Below, piece after piece: positions 10,001-25,000 of a DNA stretch of 64,000 bases. Position 1 is the stretch's first letter; each line of letters opens with the position of its first letter. The translations under genes and the position numbers were made by a program. Source of the DNA: Mantamonas sphyraenae STR306 (taxonomy: Eukaryota > Protista > CRuMs); the NCBI GenBank assembly GCA_026936335.1, contig JAPMXV010000067.1, positions 1 through 64,000 of the forward strand, written 5' to 3'. Under the pieces are notes generated by a model, which did not search any database, was not told where the DNA came from, and saw nothing but the letters and a program-made list of their open reading frames with translations.

Positions 10001-13000
10001 GGCCACGTGTGGGCCAACTCCTCCTCCACCCTTGCGTTCGGTTTCAGTCCCAGTCTCACGGGTCTCCCGGCCACAATCGATGCTGCCGTCACCAAGCTCG
10101 GTGCAACGTATCCCTTGACCATCGGCGACTCTGGCGGTTGGAACATGACCCTCACGGCCACCTGCCATTACTGCACCTTGTCCAACACCTCCTTCACCGG
10201 CACTGCCACGCAGCTCATGGCCCTGTGGTCTGCGGTTACCGTCTCTTTCAACAACACCCGCTACAACGACACACTGAGCCTCACGCTCTCCCTTGCTTCC
10301 GCGTCTGCCACCCAGTCTAGCGCAGTCCGTGCTTGCCCTCCCACTTCCCTCTCCAGCCTCCAGATCGGCACCACTGCAAACGACTATTCGTACCACGCCA
10401 TCCAAAACAACGCTGGCGAACTCATTGTCACCATCCTCACCCAAGGGTCGTTCCCCACCTACACAAACGCAGGCGACTGGGATGTCGTCGTCCAAAAGTA
10501 CGGCACAGACGGTTCCCTCCTCTGGACACGCCAGACCGGTTCCACCGCTCAGGATAACCCATACAAGGTCGCCGTCGATGCAGCCGACAACATCTACGTC
10601 GTAGGCATTGCTGACGCCACCTTCAACGGCCAGCCCCTCACAGGCACCCGTGACGTCTTTCTCATGAAACTCGACACTCTCGGCAACACCCTCTTCACAA
10701 AGCTCTATGGCAGTGGCAGTTCCATCCCCTTTGTTGTCGCCATCACAGCAGACCAACAACGTGCTCTCATCGGTGGCAAAACGACCGGCACATTGGGAGG
10801 CGCCAACGGCGGTGCCGATGATGTCTTTGTTCTCGCTGTCAACGTCACCAACGGCGCCATCCTGTCCAGCGGTCAGGTTGCTGCTGCCGGCGCACAGTCT
10901 ACATGGGCAGGGTGCATGGATGACCACGACAACCTCTACGTCGTCGGCGGTACAGCCGCTTCCATGGACGGCCAACCATTCGCGGGGAGCAATGACGCCT
11001 TTGCTGTCAAGTTCAACGCCGCTGCACAAAAGCAGTGGGTCAAGTTGACCGGTGCAGCCGGCTCAGATCTCTTCCATGGTTGTGTTGCGCACAACGACAT
11101 GCTCTTTGTCGCCGGCAGCGAAAACGGAAACGCAATCGTGGCCATGCGCCAAGACACAGGCGCCATCCAGTGGACCACCCCGCTCATCGAAAACGCAGAC
11201 CTCGTTATTGGCATCGATGTCTCACCGGGAGGAACCATCATCGCTGCAGGACGCACCAGTGGAAGCCTGCCTGGCTTCACAAACGCTGGCTCCTCCGACT
11301 ACTATGTCCTCCACGCACTCCCAAACAACGGTTCAGTTGTGTGGTACTCCCAGTATGGCTCAAGTGGCGGTGAGACCGCGCAGGCAATGACCACCACCTG
11401 CAAACCTCAGGCTCTCGTCGCAGGTTCCACTGCGGGTGCCCTGCACGGTTCCAATGCCGGCGCTGCCGACGCCTTTGTCTCCGTCATCGATATCCCAAAC
11501 ATTGCCCCCGTTCTCACTGGTCTCTCGCAATCGATCTCCGTGCACACGACCGACCTTGGTGCCGCCCACCCCATCACCATCATGGATGACAACCGTATCC
11601 TCACCTTGACACTGTCCTGCACATCGTGCACCCTTTCCAGGACCTCTCTCGAGGGTACAGCTGCACAACTCGCCAGCCAGTGGGCACAAGTCACCTCCTC
11701 CTTCCCTGTTCCCGACACCCTAACCGTCCAGCTTTCCGACGGTCAGCTCACGACCGTCCAACACATTGCCATCGTGAACTTCTCACCCACTCTCTCTGGC
11801 CTTCCCGCCACCCTGGACTACACAGTGACAAACCTCGGCGCACTCTACCCGATCAACATCACGGACGACACCCCCCTCACCCTCACCCTCAACATCTCTT
11901 GCTCCTTCTGCACCTTGTCCAACACGTCCTTCACTGGCACTCCTGCCCAGCTCCAGGTTCTTTGGACACAGGTCACCGTAGCCTTTGCGCCTGACCATGC
12001 AAACGACACTCTCACGCTTCTTCTTTCTGATGGCTTCTCGTCAGCCCAGCAGTCTGCCTCGGTGCGCGGCGGGTGCGATTCTGCAGGCCCCAATCTCGTC
12101 ATTCAGTACGGAACCACTGCAAGTGACACGGGCTACGGTGTCGCTTTTGACGCGTACGGCAACGTCTACGTCACCGGAAACACAGCAGGCAGCCTGCCAG
12201 GTTTCACCAACGCTGGCGGCCAGGATATGTACACAATCAAGTACGACCGACACGGCGCCGTCCAGTGGCGATACCAAGTCGGCAGTGCAAACGACGATTA
12301 CGCCACCGGAGTTGCCGTCGATCTCGATGGGAATGTGTTCGTGGTGGGCTTCGCCTTTGGCTCCATTGACGGCCAAGCCTATGGAGGCTCGTACGAGATG
12401 GTCGCCTACAAACTCGACAAGGACGGCAACAAGCTGTGGACTCGCATGTACGGCAACGCCGGCACTGACCTTCTCTACCACGTTGCCGTTTCCTCCGACC
12501 TCCAGCACATCTACGTGGCCGGCCAAACAGAGTCGTTTGCACCTGGGGGTGCCGGCAGCCATGACGCCTACACCGCCAAGCTGCTCACCAGCAACGGCAA
12601 CATCGTTTGGCAACAGGTCCTCGGTGGCACCCTCGACGACACCACCACCGGATTTGCACGCGACGCCGACGAAAACCTGTACCAATGCGGCTACACAAAC
12701 TCTGCCTCCTTCGATGGCATTGCCATCATTGGCAGTTTTGACGTCTACGTGTTCAAGCGCGACAAGGACGGCAACAAGCTGTGGTCAAAGCGCTACGGCA
12801 CCACCGCAGGCGACTATTGCAAACGTCTCGACGTCCGCGCAGGACGTGTCGTCCTTTCGGCAGACATCGGCGCTGCCACGTTCAATGGTCAAAACGTCGG
12901 CGGTGCCTCTCATGGCCTGCTTGTTCTCAACGCCACTACAGGCGACATGTTGTGGTCCGACTTGCAGAGGTCCACGGCTGACACTTATGCCGAGGGCGTC

Positions 13001-16000
13001 GGCCTGACCTCCACAAACCTCATTGCGACCACTGGCGTAACCGTAGGTTCATTCCCGGGCTACAACAACGCCGGTGGAAACGATTGGTTTCTGTCCATCT
13101 ACACCCTCGACGGCACCCGCGTGGATCGTCGCCAGTTTGGCAGCACCGGCGCAGACGCACTCCGCTACATGGCCACCGGCTGCGACGGACAAATCGCAGT
13201 CTCTGGCTCTGCAGGTGCTTCCATGCTTGGACAACCTGTCATCGGTGGCGGCGACGCATTCGTGTGGACCGAGCGCGTCAACATTGCGCCGACTCTCACG
13301 AATCTGCCCGCGCGTGTTCTCGCCTCCACACCGCTGTATGGCTCCCAGCAGCCGCTGACGATTCATGACTACGAAGACGACGTGATCCAGTTTACTGTGT
13401 CGTGCACCCGTTGCAATGTGAACGGTACGGGGACGCCGTCGGTGACTCTGAGCGGACGCGCAGCGGAGCTCAACGCCGCTTGGCTTACCATGAGCGTGAC
13501 CTTTGACGCCTCGTATGCCAACGACACGGTGACATGGACGGTTGCAGACGCATGGCACACGACCAGCTCGCGCCGTCAGGTGGAGGCGTGCACGTACCCG
13601 CGTGTGCAGCGCGTAGCCCACTTTGGTGGCTCTGGCAACGACAACGGTGAAAGTGTGACGGTGGACAGGTTTGGCAACATTTACGTGGGATCGACCACGA
13701 CGGGTTCGCTCGGTTCCGCCAACGCCGGTGGTTGGGACGCGTATGCGCGCAAGATGGATTATCTTGGCAACGCGCTGTGGACCAAGCAGTGGGGCTCGGC
13801 AGGCACCGAACACGTGTACAGTGTGGTGGTGGACCTGGACGAGAATGTGTACCTTGGCGGTACCACCACCACGACCTTGGTCGGCACACATCTGGGCGGA
13901 AACGACGGCTTCCTGATCAAACTCGACAAGAACGGAAACCAGCTGTGGGCGAAGCAGGTGGGCTCCACTGGAAGCGACGACCTTCGTGCACTGCTCATTG
14001 ACCCTGATGGAAAGCATTTCTACGCCGTGGGTCTGTCGGCAAGCACCACGTGGACTGGGCGCACAGGGTACGGAAGCCACGATTTCGTGTGGGTCAAGTA
14101 CACCACCAGCGATTGTGCATTTGTGGTGGGTGCTCAGGGAGGCGGTGCTGCGGATGATTGGATGCGCGGCGCCGCTTTGGATGAGCACGGCAACGTGTAC
14201 ATGTCCGGTTACACGACGGCCAGCGTGAATGGCCAGCCGTACGCAGGCAGCAACGACTTTTTGACCATCAAGTTTGACCGCGACGGAAACGTGGTGTGGA
14301 CACGTATGTTTGGTGGCACCGGATCAGATGTTGTGCATCGCATGACCTACCACAAGGGCATGGTGTTTGTGGACGGATACGTGAACAGCGACGTCAACGG
14401 CGTGCAGCGTATCGGTGGGCAGGACGCAGCCGTCGTGGCCTACAACGCCACCACGGGTGACCTGTTGTGGAACAACGTGTTTGGCACCCATGCCCTGGAC
14501 TACTCGCACGGCGTGGCCGTCACCTCTGGCGGTGTGCTTGTGGCTGCTGGTCTCACGCAGGGCTACACGCCGTACAACGACTACGGTACGTCCAACGACG
14601 TGTTTTACGCGCTGATCGAAGCGACCACGGGACGTGTGCTGAAGTATGTGCAGCAGGCGCTTGCTGGCGACGACTACCCGCGTCACGCGGTGTGCAACTG
14701 CCACGACCAGGTGGTTATCTCGGGTGGCTCTGGCAGCTCGTGGCCCGATGGATACACCAATCAGGGTAGTTACGACCTGTTTGTGTGGGTGGCCGACGCA
14801 AATGCGCCGCCAGAGGTGTCGGGCCTCCCGAACAAGATCGAAGCGTCGTTGGGATCCTGGAACGCGGCTGCCTCGCCGCTGACCATCGTCGACGTGGACA
14901 CGTCTGTGCTCAGCATGAACGTGTCCTGTGCGTACTGCAACGTGAACGGCACCGGAGTGTTGCTGCAAACCAGTGGCACTCCCGCGCAGCTCATGGCGTT
15001 GTGGAAGACGCTGACGTTTACTCTGGACGCAACACGTGACAACGACACCCTGTCGGTGTCGCTGAACGACGGGTTTACGACCGCTCGCGTGCATGTGCCC
15101 GTTGTGGCGTGCTTGGGTCCGCGCTCCACCCTGGATGCAGTCATTTTGCAAACCAGTGCGGACGACCGCGCTTGGGGATCGAATGTGGACAGGCAGAACA
15201 ACCTGTACATTGCGTCTTCGACCAGTGGGGCGCTGGCTGGATCGGCCATTGGTGATTGGGATGCGTACGTGCGCAAGATGGACCGCAACGGCGTCACCCT
15301 GTGGCAGACACAGTTTGGCACGACCTCCACCGACTATGGGTACAGCATCGACACCGACTCGTTGGGTAACATGTATGTGGGTGGAGCGACATCGGGATCG
15401 CTGTTCCATGCCAACTTTGGCGGACAGGACGCCTTTATGGTCAAGTTCGATGTGAATGGCAACGTGATGTGGCAGAAGCAGTACGGCTCTGCGAGCACTG
15501 ACGACTTCCGTGCCGATGCAGTGGTCACCCCTGACGGCAAGTTTGTCTACACTGCCGGGTACACGGCGTCATCGTTCCACGGGGACACCGCCCTGGGCAG
15601 CAACGACTTCCTGATTGTCAAGGTGGACACAGAAACGGGCAACTTGGTGTGGTCGCGCCAGTGTGGTGGCAGCGGAGATGACGTTGCACACGGCCTGACG
15701 ATGGACGACGAGGGCAACATCTACGTGGTCGGTTACACATCCAGCAACCCGTTCAACGGCGTGGCTACCAACGGAGGCTACGATTATGGCATTGTCAAGT
15801 ACTCTCCAGACGGGGCCATCATCTGGAGTGCTACGGTGGGCTCGACCACGACAGACTACGGATACCGAGTGGCGTACGACAACGGCCGCGTGTTTGTCAA
15901 TGGTGTGGTCAATGGCGCCGTCAACGGTGTACCGCTTATTGGCGGACAGGACAACATGGTGGTGGCACTCAACGCAAGTACGGGTGCGCTGCTGTGGAAC

Positions 16001-19000
16001 AAGATGTTGGGTACGACAACCACCGACGAAGGTTGGGGCGTGGCCGTGGCTCCATCGGGTCTCGTGGGCGTGTTTGGCGACGTGGGCGGCACTCTGACAG
16101 GTGTAAACAACCCCAACGGAGGCCAGGACGCATACTATGCCCTTCTGCACCCGGTTACGGGTGAGCTGCTGTACGAGTTCCAGTACGCAGACAACACGGG
16201 GACGCTCCTTCCGCGCGCTGCGAGCATGAACTGTTTCAGTCAGATGTTCATGACGGGCGCCACCACGGGCAACTTTGCTGGAGTGGCCAACCAAGGCAGC
16301 TACCAGGCCTTTGGATGGATGCGCGAAGCAAACGCCCCGCCGCAGATCAGCGGCCTGCCGACAAGTTTTGCCAGCAGCATTGCGCAGGTTGGCACCACGT
16401 ACCCGCTCCTTATCAAGGACTTCGAAGACGCGGATATGAACATGACGGTGGTGTGTGCACATTGCAACGTGAACGGCACGGGCAGCACGACGCTGGTTGT
16501 GCGCGGAAAGGCTGCACAGCTGATGAGCGCCTGGTCGACCATCAGCGTGGTGTTTTCCAACGACTACGCTAACGACTCGCTGACAGTCAGTGTCAACGAT
16601 GGCTTCAACACGGTCAGTGACTCGTCGTTGATCATTTCGTGTTTCCTGCCCAAGCCCGAGCCGCGCTACATTCAGTTCGGCACAAGCTCGGACGACCGTG
16701 CATACTCCAGCACAGTGGATCGCGAAGGCAACCTGATCATTGCGGCGCACACTACGGGGGCTCTTGCCACAGCCAATGCTGGCGGATGGGACAATTACAT
16801 TCGCAAGTACGATCCGACAGGCACGCAGGTGGCGTGGACCATCCAGAGGGGTGGTACGGGCACAGAAGCCATCCACGAGGTGACCACAGACGCCGCTGGC
16901 AACATTTATTGGGTTGGATACACCAACGGGGCGTTCCCGGGTTTCGCTCATGCGGGAAGCAACGATTTCCTGATGGGAAAGGTGAGCCCGACCGGCCAGT
17001 GGGTGTGGACTCGCCAGATGGGCACGGCCGCAAACGAAGTGCTGCATGGAGTGGGCATGTCGCCCGACGATGAGCACATGTACGTGTTTGGGTACTCCTC
17101 GGGAACAATTGGCGGTGCCAACGCCGGTTCAGAGGACCTGTATCTGGGCAAGTACAAGGCATCGGACGGTGCCACCGTGTGGCAACGCCAATTGGGAGTG
17201 AGCGCCTCGGACATCTTTTTGAACGGTGTTGTGGACGAGAACGAATTTGTGTACGGCGTGGGCAGGGTCACGGGTGCGCTGAACGGCCAAACGTTTGCCG
17301 GAGGAAGCTACGATGTGGTCCTTGTCAAGTATGACAAGGATGGCAACCACCAGTACACAAGGCTGTGGGGTGGTGCCAGCAACGAGGAGGCATACAGGGT
17401 TACGCTCGTGCCTGGAGGCCGCTTGGCTGTTGCGGGGTACACCGACAGCAACCCGTTTGCAGGCCAGGCGTCGCTGGGCGGCCGTGATGGCTTTGTGGTG
17501 ATGGTCAACAGGACCACTGGTGACACTGCATGGGTAAGGATGGTTGGTACGGACAAGACCGACACCCTGCACGCCATCTCCTCGCTTCCGAACGGCCTGG
17601 TGGCTGCGGGTGGTGACTCGGGTGGTGACGTTTCACTCGGAAACCAAGCTGGAGGCAATGGTAACGACGCTGCTGTGTTTGTGCTGGACGCAGACACGGG
17701 CACGCTGCAGTTTGCACGTCAGCTGTCGCTGTACGGCACAACCTTTTTCACGGATGCAACGTCCACGTGTCACAACCAAGTGTTCTTTACGGGACGTGCA
17801 AACGTGGCATTGCCTGGAAACACGGCGAGTGGAAGCTGGGACCCCATGGGCTGGCTGATGGACGTGGACGTGCCGCCCACGGTGACGGGCATGCCTGCAA
17901 CCATGGCCAACACAGAGACGTTTGTGACCAGCAACTACCCGCTGACGATCAGCGACTATGAAAACTACGGCACCATGCAACTGACGGTGTCGTGTGGCAA
18001 CTGCAACGTGAACGGTACCGGATTGCAGAGCAAGACGATGCAAGGCAACTCGGCACAGCTCATGGCCGCCTGGTTGGGCATGAGCATTACCTTTGACACG
18101 AGCTTGGGCAACGACACACTGTACGCACGCGTGTTTGACGGAGTCAACACGGTGGCGGCGCAGACGGCGGTGACCGGATGCAGCGCGGTCAAACCTGCCG
18201 ATTGGACGCTGCAGTTTGGCACGGGATCGAACGAAGACGCATACTCTAGCACGTGGGACCACGAGGGCAACCTATTGGTCGGAGCCAACACGTACGGATC
18301 TCTGTATGCAACAATCCAAGGAGGAAATGACTGGTATGTGGCCAAGTTCTCGCCGCAGGGCACCCTTCTGTGGGGCCGCCAGTACGGTACCAGCGCAAAC
18401 GACGCGGTGCATGACATCGATGTGGACGATCATTCCAACGTGTATGCTGGTGGTTACACCGGGGGTACCCTGTTTGACACCGCGTTGGGAAGCAACGACT
18501 TTGCAGCGGTCAAGTTTGATCGCGATGGCAACATGATTTGGAGGAAGCAGTGGGGTTCGTCAGGCAACGACGTGCTGCATGGTGTGGCCGTGAGCACGGA
18601 CAACACACATGTGTTTATGGCGGGCTACACAGGCGGGTCGTTGGGTGCGGCCAACGCAGGCGGAGTCGACTATGTGGTCATGAAGATGACCGCACACGAC
18701 GGCGCAGTGCTGTGGTACAGGCAAGTCGGTAGCGCCGGCAGCGACCATGTCATTGACATGGACATCGATGCCATGGACAACCTCTACTTGATAGGCTACG
18801 GCCAGGGTTCGATCCATGGCCAACCGTACCAGGGCAGCGAGGAATCCGCCGTGCTGTCGTACGATAAGGATGGCAACCACAGGTGGACGCGCATGATTGG
18901 TACGAGTGGGTCGGATACGTTCTACCGCGGTCAACAGAGCAACGGAGTGTTGTACGCCACTGGTCACATCCGTGCATCTGTGAGTGGCCAACCGTACTCA

Positions 19001-22000
19001 GGCGGTGCCTCGGACGTGTTTGTCGTGGCATACAACGCCACAGATGGCACAGAGTTGTTTGTGCGCCTGGCGGGCACGGACAACGAGGATTGGGCACATG
19101 GATTGACGGTGACGCCGACCGGCCTCGTGGTGGTCGGCGGCGACACGCGTGGATCGCTCGCGGGCTTTGAAAGTCCCAACACCAATTTGGACATGGCGTA
19201 CTGGGTGTGGGACACCCAAGGCAACTTCCAGTACCATCATCAGTGGATCGATGTGACATCCAACTCGCAAACGCGCAACGCAGAGTCGGATTGCCACAGC
19301 CGAGTGGCGTTTACAGGCTACGCCGCCTCCGCCATGGCAGGACAGACCGCTTATGGAGGCAATGATGCCGCCGTGCGTGTGACCAGTGTGGACGTGCCAC
19401 CCACGGTGACCGGCTTGCCGCTGACGTTTGACGAGGCGTCCATGGCGGCGGGTAGGTATCCGCTGGCCATTGCAGACTTTGAGGACTTTGCCACCACGCA
19501 ACTGGTTGTGTCGTGTGAAAGCTGCAATGTGAACGGCACGGGCAGCAACCGCGTGGTTGTGCAGGGCAAGGTGGCCCACTTGATGGCCGCGTGGATGACC
19601 ATGCGCGTGGATGTGGACACTGCGACGACCAGCAACGACACCCTTGTGGTGAGTGTGTTTGATGGCGTCAACACAGTGACCCAGCGCATGGCACTGCTCG
19701 TGTGTTTGGACAACAGCGGCATGCGCAACTTTCTGTCACAGTACGGCACCAGTGGCACCGACAACGGCTACTCGGTCACCGTGGATCGCGAAGGTGGCAT
19801 CCTCATTGGTTCCCACACATATGGTGCGCTGGGTGCGGCCAATGCAGGCAGTGCAGACGCATACGTGCGCAAGTACAGCCGCACGGGCGAGATGCTGTGG
19901 ACGTGGCAACAGGGAGGCGCCGGAAACGACGTCGTCCATGCAGTTGCCACAGACAACGATCTCAACGTGTACGCTGTTGGATATGCAACCGCTGCCTTCC
20001 CCGGCTGCTCGTATGTCGGTTCGAATGACTTTTTGATTGTCAAGTTGAACCAGCATGGTGTGCGCCAGTGGGCCGTCATGTATGGTAGCACGGGCAACGA
20101 TGTGCTGCATGGCGTGGTGGTGACCAAGGATGGTTCGGCCATTGTGGTGAGCGGCTACACCGACGGCAACGTCGCCGGAACGAATCTGGGTGGCATGGAT
20201 TGGCCTGTGATGAAGCTGCGCACGTCGGACGGCGCCAAGGTGTGGCAGAGGCAGATCGGTACAGCCAACCATGAGCACTCGCACTGGTCGGTGATCGACG
20301 AGGAAGACAATGTGTACATCTTTGGCAACTCGCAGGGCGCCTTTGGCGGCAAGACCAACGCTGGAGCATACGACATGGCCGTTGCCAAGTTGGACACCAA
20401 CGGCAACACGGTGTGGACGTGGTTGGCAGGTTCGAACCTTGATGACTCGCTGAGTCGTGGCTACTACAGCAACGGCATGGTGTACGGAGCGGGTTACTCG
20501 CAAGGCACAGGTGTGTTGGGCGACCAGGTGCAACCTGGAGCGGCCGACATGGCTGTGGTCAAGATCAACGCCACGACAGGCGTTGCATCGTGGCTCCGCC
20601 TCCTGGGTGGACCCAGCAATGACTACGCGCACGCCGTGGTGGTGAACAAGTACGGCACTGTTCTGGCGGGCGAATTGTCTACCAGCCGCATGGACGGTTT
20701 CTCTGCGCCCAACAGTGAAGACATGGCCTACTACCTTCTGGATGCCGATGGAAACAAGCGCTACGAGTACATGGATGTGCTGCCGGGTATCCACAAGATC
20801 AGGACGGCACACATGCTGTGCGGTGACAACAACCTGGCCGTTGCTGCTGGTGACACCACCACGGCTCTGCCTGGCCAATCGTTGGCTGGCGGCTGGGACG
20901 CGTACGTGCGCACGTTGGCGGTGGATGCGCCGCCCATCCTGCGAGGCCTGCCCAGTTCGGTGTCGTCCACGCAGAGTGCGTTTGGACAGGCACACACCCT
21001 GCGCATCGATGATCCAGACAGCCCTGTGCTGAACATGACGGTGTCGTGCACGCAGTGTGTGCTGAATGGTACCGGCGGGACGAGTTTGACCGTGACGGGC
21101 AGCCGCCTGCAGCTCGAGGCTGCGTGGAAGACGCTGAGTGCAACCTTTTCGCAGGATCCGGCTGTGCATGAGGCAGTGGTCGTGACTGTGAGCGATTTGT
21201 ACAGCAGCCGCGACCATGTGATGTCTGTGCTTGCGTGTGCAGGCGTGCAGCCGACGTGGAGCCAACAGATCGGCACGACGAGCAGCGACTACCTGCGTGG
21301 CATGGCACGCGATGGCTTTGGGAACCTGTATGTGACTGGTATGGCCACGGCGGCGTTCCCGGGCAAGGCGTTTGGTGGCACACGCGATGTGATTCTCATC
21401 AAGTACAACTCGACGGGTGCGGAGCAGTGGGTGGTGCAGGACAACCACGCGGGCCTGCAGGATCCGTACGAGGTGTGGGCCGACTCGCGTGGCTATGTGT
21501 ACGTCACGGGTCTCACGCAGCAGTCGTACCACGGCCAGGCGTTTGCAGGCAGCAACGATGTGTTTGTGAACAAGTATCGTGCGTCGGACGGCGTGCGTCT
21601 GTGGACAGGTGTGATTGGTTCCACATCCAGCGATGTGCCGCAGAGCATCTGGGGCTCTGCTGACGGAAAGGCCGTGTATGTTGCAGGCTACACGAGTGGC
21701 GCTCTGAGTGGAGAAGGCAATGCCGGTAGCCAGGATGGCTTCTTGGCCAAGTTTGGCACGGTGAACGGCATCCCCGAGTGGGTGCGTCGTCAGGGCACGG
21801 CTGGCGCGGAAACGACGTTCAGTGTGACTGTGGACGAGGATGCAAACGCGTATGCAACCGGTAGGACAAGTGGTGCCCTGTATGGAAGCAACGCGGGTCT
21901 GAACGACGTGTATGTGCTCAAGGTGAACCCGGACGGATTGCCATTGTGGACGGTGCAGTTTGGCGGCACGGGAGCCGAACCTCTGGATGACATTCCGGTG

Positions 22001-25000
22001 CTGGTGCACAAGGGCGTGGCCTTTGTGGCTGGCAGCACAGGAAGCACAACCCTGAATGGACAGACGGCAACCAACGGTGCGCCGTTTGTGGTGGCGCTGG
22101 ATGCAAACACGGGCGCGCAGCTGTGGACGTCGATTGTGGCTACGGTGACAAGCACGACGTACGTCAACGGCGTGTCGATGACACCCAGTGGACACCTGGT
22201 GGTGGGCGGCTACACGCAGGGCACGATGAATGGCCAGGTCAGCGCAGGATCCAACGATCTGTGGTACGCCGTGTTGGACACGGCGCAGAACGGCAGTGTG
22301 CTTGTGGTGAAGCAGTTTGGCACGAGCGGCGCTGATGTGGCGCAAGGGCTGGCCGTGACATGCGCAGGCGAGGTTGTGCTGTCAGGCTACACGACGGGTG
22401 TGTTTGGTGAGGCAAACGCGGGCGGCTACGACTTTTTCGTGGTGAAGCGCGATCTGGACAGGCCGCCCGAGGTGGCACTGAGCACGACACGTTTCGAGGT
22501 GACGAGTGGCGACACAGTGGTGCTGGGCGAACGCCTGAGTGCCAATGTGACCCAGCTCACGTTTGGTGTGGAGGTGCCACGTGTGTATCTGCAGGTGTCG
22601 TGTGTGGAGTGCACCATGTGGATGCCTGCGGTGACCACGCTGGTCAACGGCAGTGTGATGGTGGTGGCCAACAGCACGGGCATGTCCACAGTGGCCGAGG
22701 TGACGGCCAACGTGACGCAGGTCCAAGCATGGCTGCGTAGCCTGCACGTGCGCTTCAACGGCAGCAACGCAGACGAACCAATCACCCTGAAGCTCAACAA
22801 CGTTGGCAACACGGGCGCCAACGACGTGCGCGAGTACGTGGTGAATGTCGACGTGCTGTGCGGTGACGTGACGCCCTTTTTGGTGCGCCAAGGCACTGCA
22901 TCGAACGAGGTGGCCCAGGCTGTGGCTGTCGATCGCTACGGCGATGTGGCAATGGCCGGATACTCGGACGCCGCTCTGGCCGGAGCCCATTCGGGCTCGG
23001 CCGATGCGTTTGTGCGCGTGTGGAACAGCCAGGGCAGCGGCGGCTGGCAGGTGCAGTTTGGCACCGCCGGCGCCGATGTGGCCAACGACGTGGTGTATCT
23101 GTCAGACGGCGGTGTGTTGGTGGCAGGCTATGTCAGCGGCGCCCTGTTTGGTCAGACGTACAACGGCGGCGGACGCGATGCCTTTGTGGCGCGCTATTCG
23201 TCGACGGGTGCCCAGATGTGGTTCCGTCTGGTGGGCAGCAGTGGCAACGACGAGGCCAGCAGCATGCAATTGAGCACCTCGCAGGAGTATGTCTACGTGG
23301 TGGGCTACGCAATGGGTGCGGTCAACGGAGCCGCCAACAACGGCGGCATGGATGTGCTTGCATTCAAGATGCGCGTGTCGAACGGCAGCGTGGAATGGAC
23401 AAGCCAGCATGGCGCAGGCGGCAACGACGTGGCCGAACGTGTGTCTCTGACCATGGATGGCACCACGCTGATGGTGGCTGGATCCACCACGGCCGAGGTG
23501 CATGGCCAGCCATACCAGGGCGGAAGCAACGACGCCCTGGTGATGGCCCTGCGCTCGAGCGACGGCACACGTGTGTGGACTCGCACATACGGTGGCGACA
23601 GCGCCGATGTGGTGACCCTTGGACGCGCCGTGGTGGTGCAGGACCTGTTTGTGGTGTCCGGATCCACCGACTCGAGTGTGTTCCTGGGCATGGATGCACT
23701 TGGCAACGCCGATGCGTTTGTGGTCGCCGTGCATGTAGCCAACGGCAACGTGGCGTGGAAGCAACGCGTGGGCACGGCTGCACTGGACCAGGCCATGAGC
23801 ATTGCGCTGATGTCCAACAATGTGCTCGTGGTCGCTGCGGTGACCCAGGGTGCACTGCCCGGCCAGTCTTCACAGGGTGGCCAGGACATTGCATACCTTT
23901 ACATGGATGCGTTCAGTGGCCAGCTTCTGCGCACGGAGCAGGTGGGTGGTTCGGGCTTGGACACCGTTCAGGATGTCGCCGTGACTTGCACAGGCGATGT
24001 GGCCTCGGTGGGCATGACCCAGTCCACCAATGGTATGTTTGCAGGCACAAGTGCGTCTGGAAACAACGACGTCTTTGCAGCAGTGCGCACAGGCTACCGC
24101 TCGCCGCCTTCGGTGGTGGGTCTGACAGACGCGCGTCTGTCGGTGTTCCCCGACCAGGTGCTGCATGTGGGTGTCACACTCCCCGTCAGCATCCACGGCG
24201 TTTCGCTGCCTGGTGACGGTGTGGATGTGTCGTGCACTGCGTGTGTCCTCACACTTGCACCTGCTGCCAACGCCGTGGCCGGTGTGTCTGTGAGTGGCAA
24301 TGGCACGACGCGTGTGACGCTGCGTCTGACGGGTGCGGCCCAGAACGGCTCTGCACTGACTGCCGTGTGGTCTCACCTGCATGTCATGGTGGCCCTGGGT
24401 GCAGGTGGCCCTGTGGATGCCCTTGTGGTGGACACTGTGAGCAGCACCTCGAGTCTGGCAGCAGGTGAAACACGTCGCTACACTGTACCTCTGGCGGTGC
24501 CCTGTGCACCATTGGAGCCGTTTAGGCGCCGTGTGGGCACGTCCAACGGCGAGTGGACGGAGCGCTTGCGCCTTGGCCACGATGGGTCGTTGTACACGGC
24601 CGGTGGCACGTCGCTGAACGCAGCAGATGCGCTGATGCGCAAGTTCAACGCATCCGGAGTGCAGGTGTGGGAGAACCAGTTTGTGAACGCGGGTGGCTCT
24701 TGGGGCCACTACGCCGTTCCTGACAACCGCGGCTCGGTGTTTGTATCGTCCAACTTTATCGGCAACTACGGCTCGCTGGTGAACAGCGGTGGCACGGACA
24801 CACTCATGGCCAAGCTGGACGACACGAACGGCAAGGTGGAGTGGGCGCGTCTGTTGGGCTCGTCGGTGGGCGAGGCATGGAACCTGGTGGAGCTGTCTGA
24901 CGACGGCCAGTACCTGTACCTGGTGGTGGCCAGGGACGACAGCCGCAACCTGGAGGTATCCAAGTTCCACGCAGCGTCGGGTGAACTTGTGTGGTCGCAA

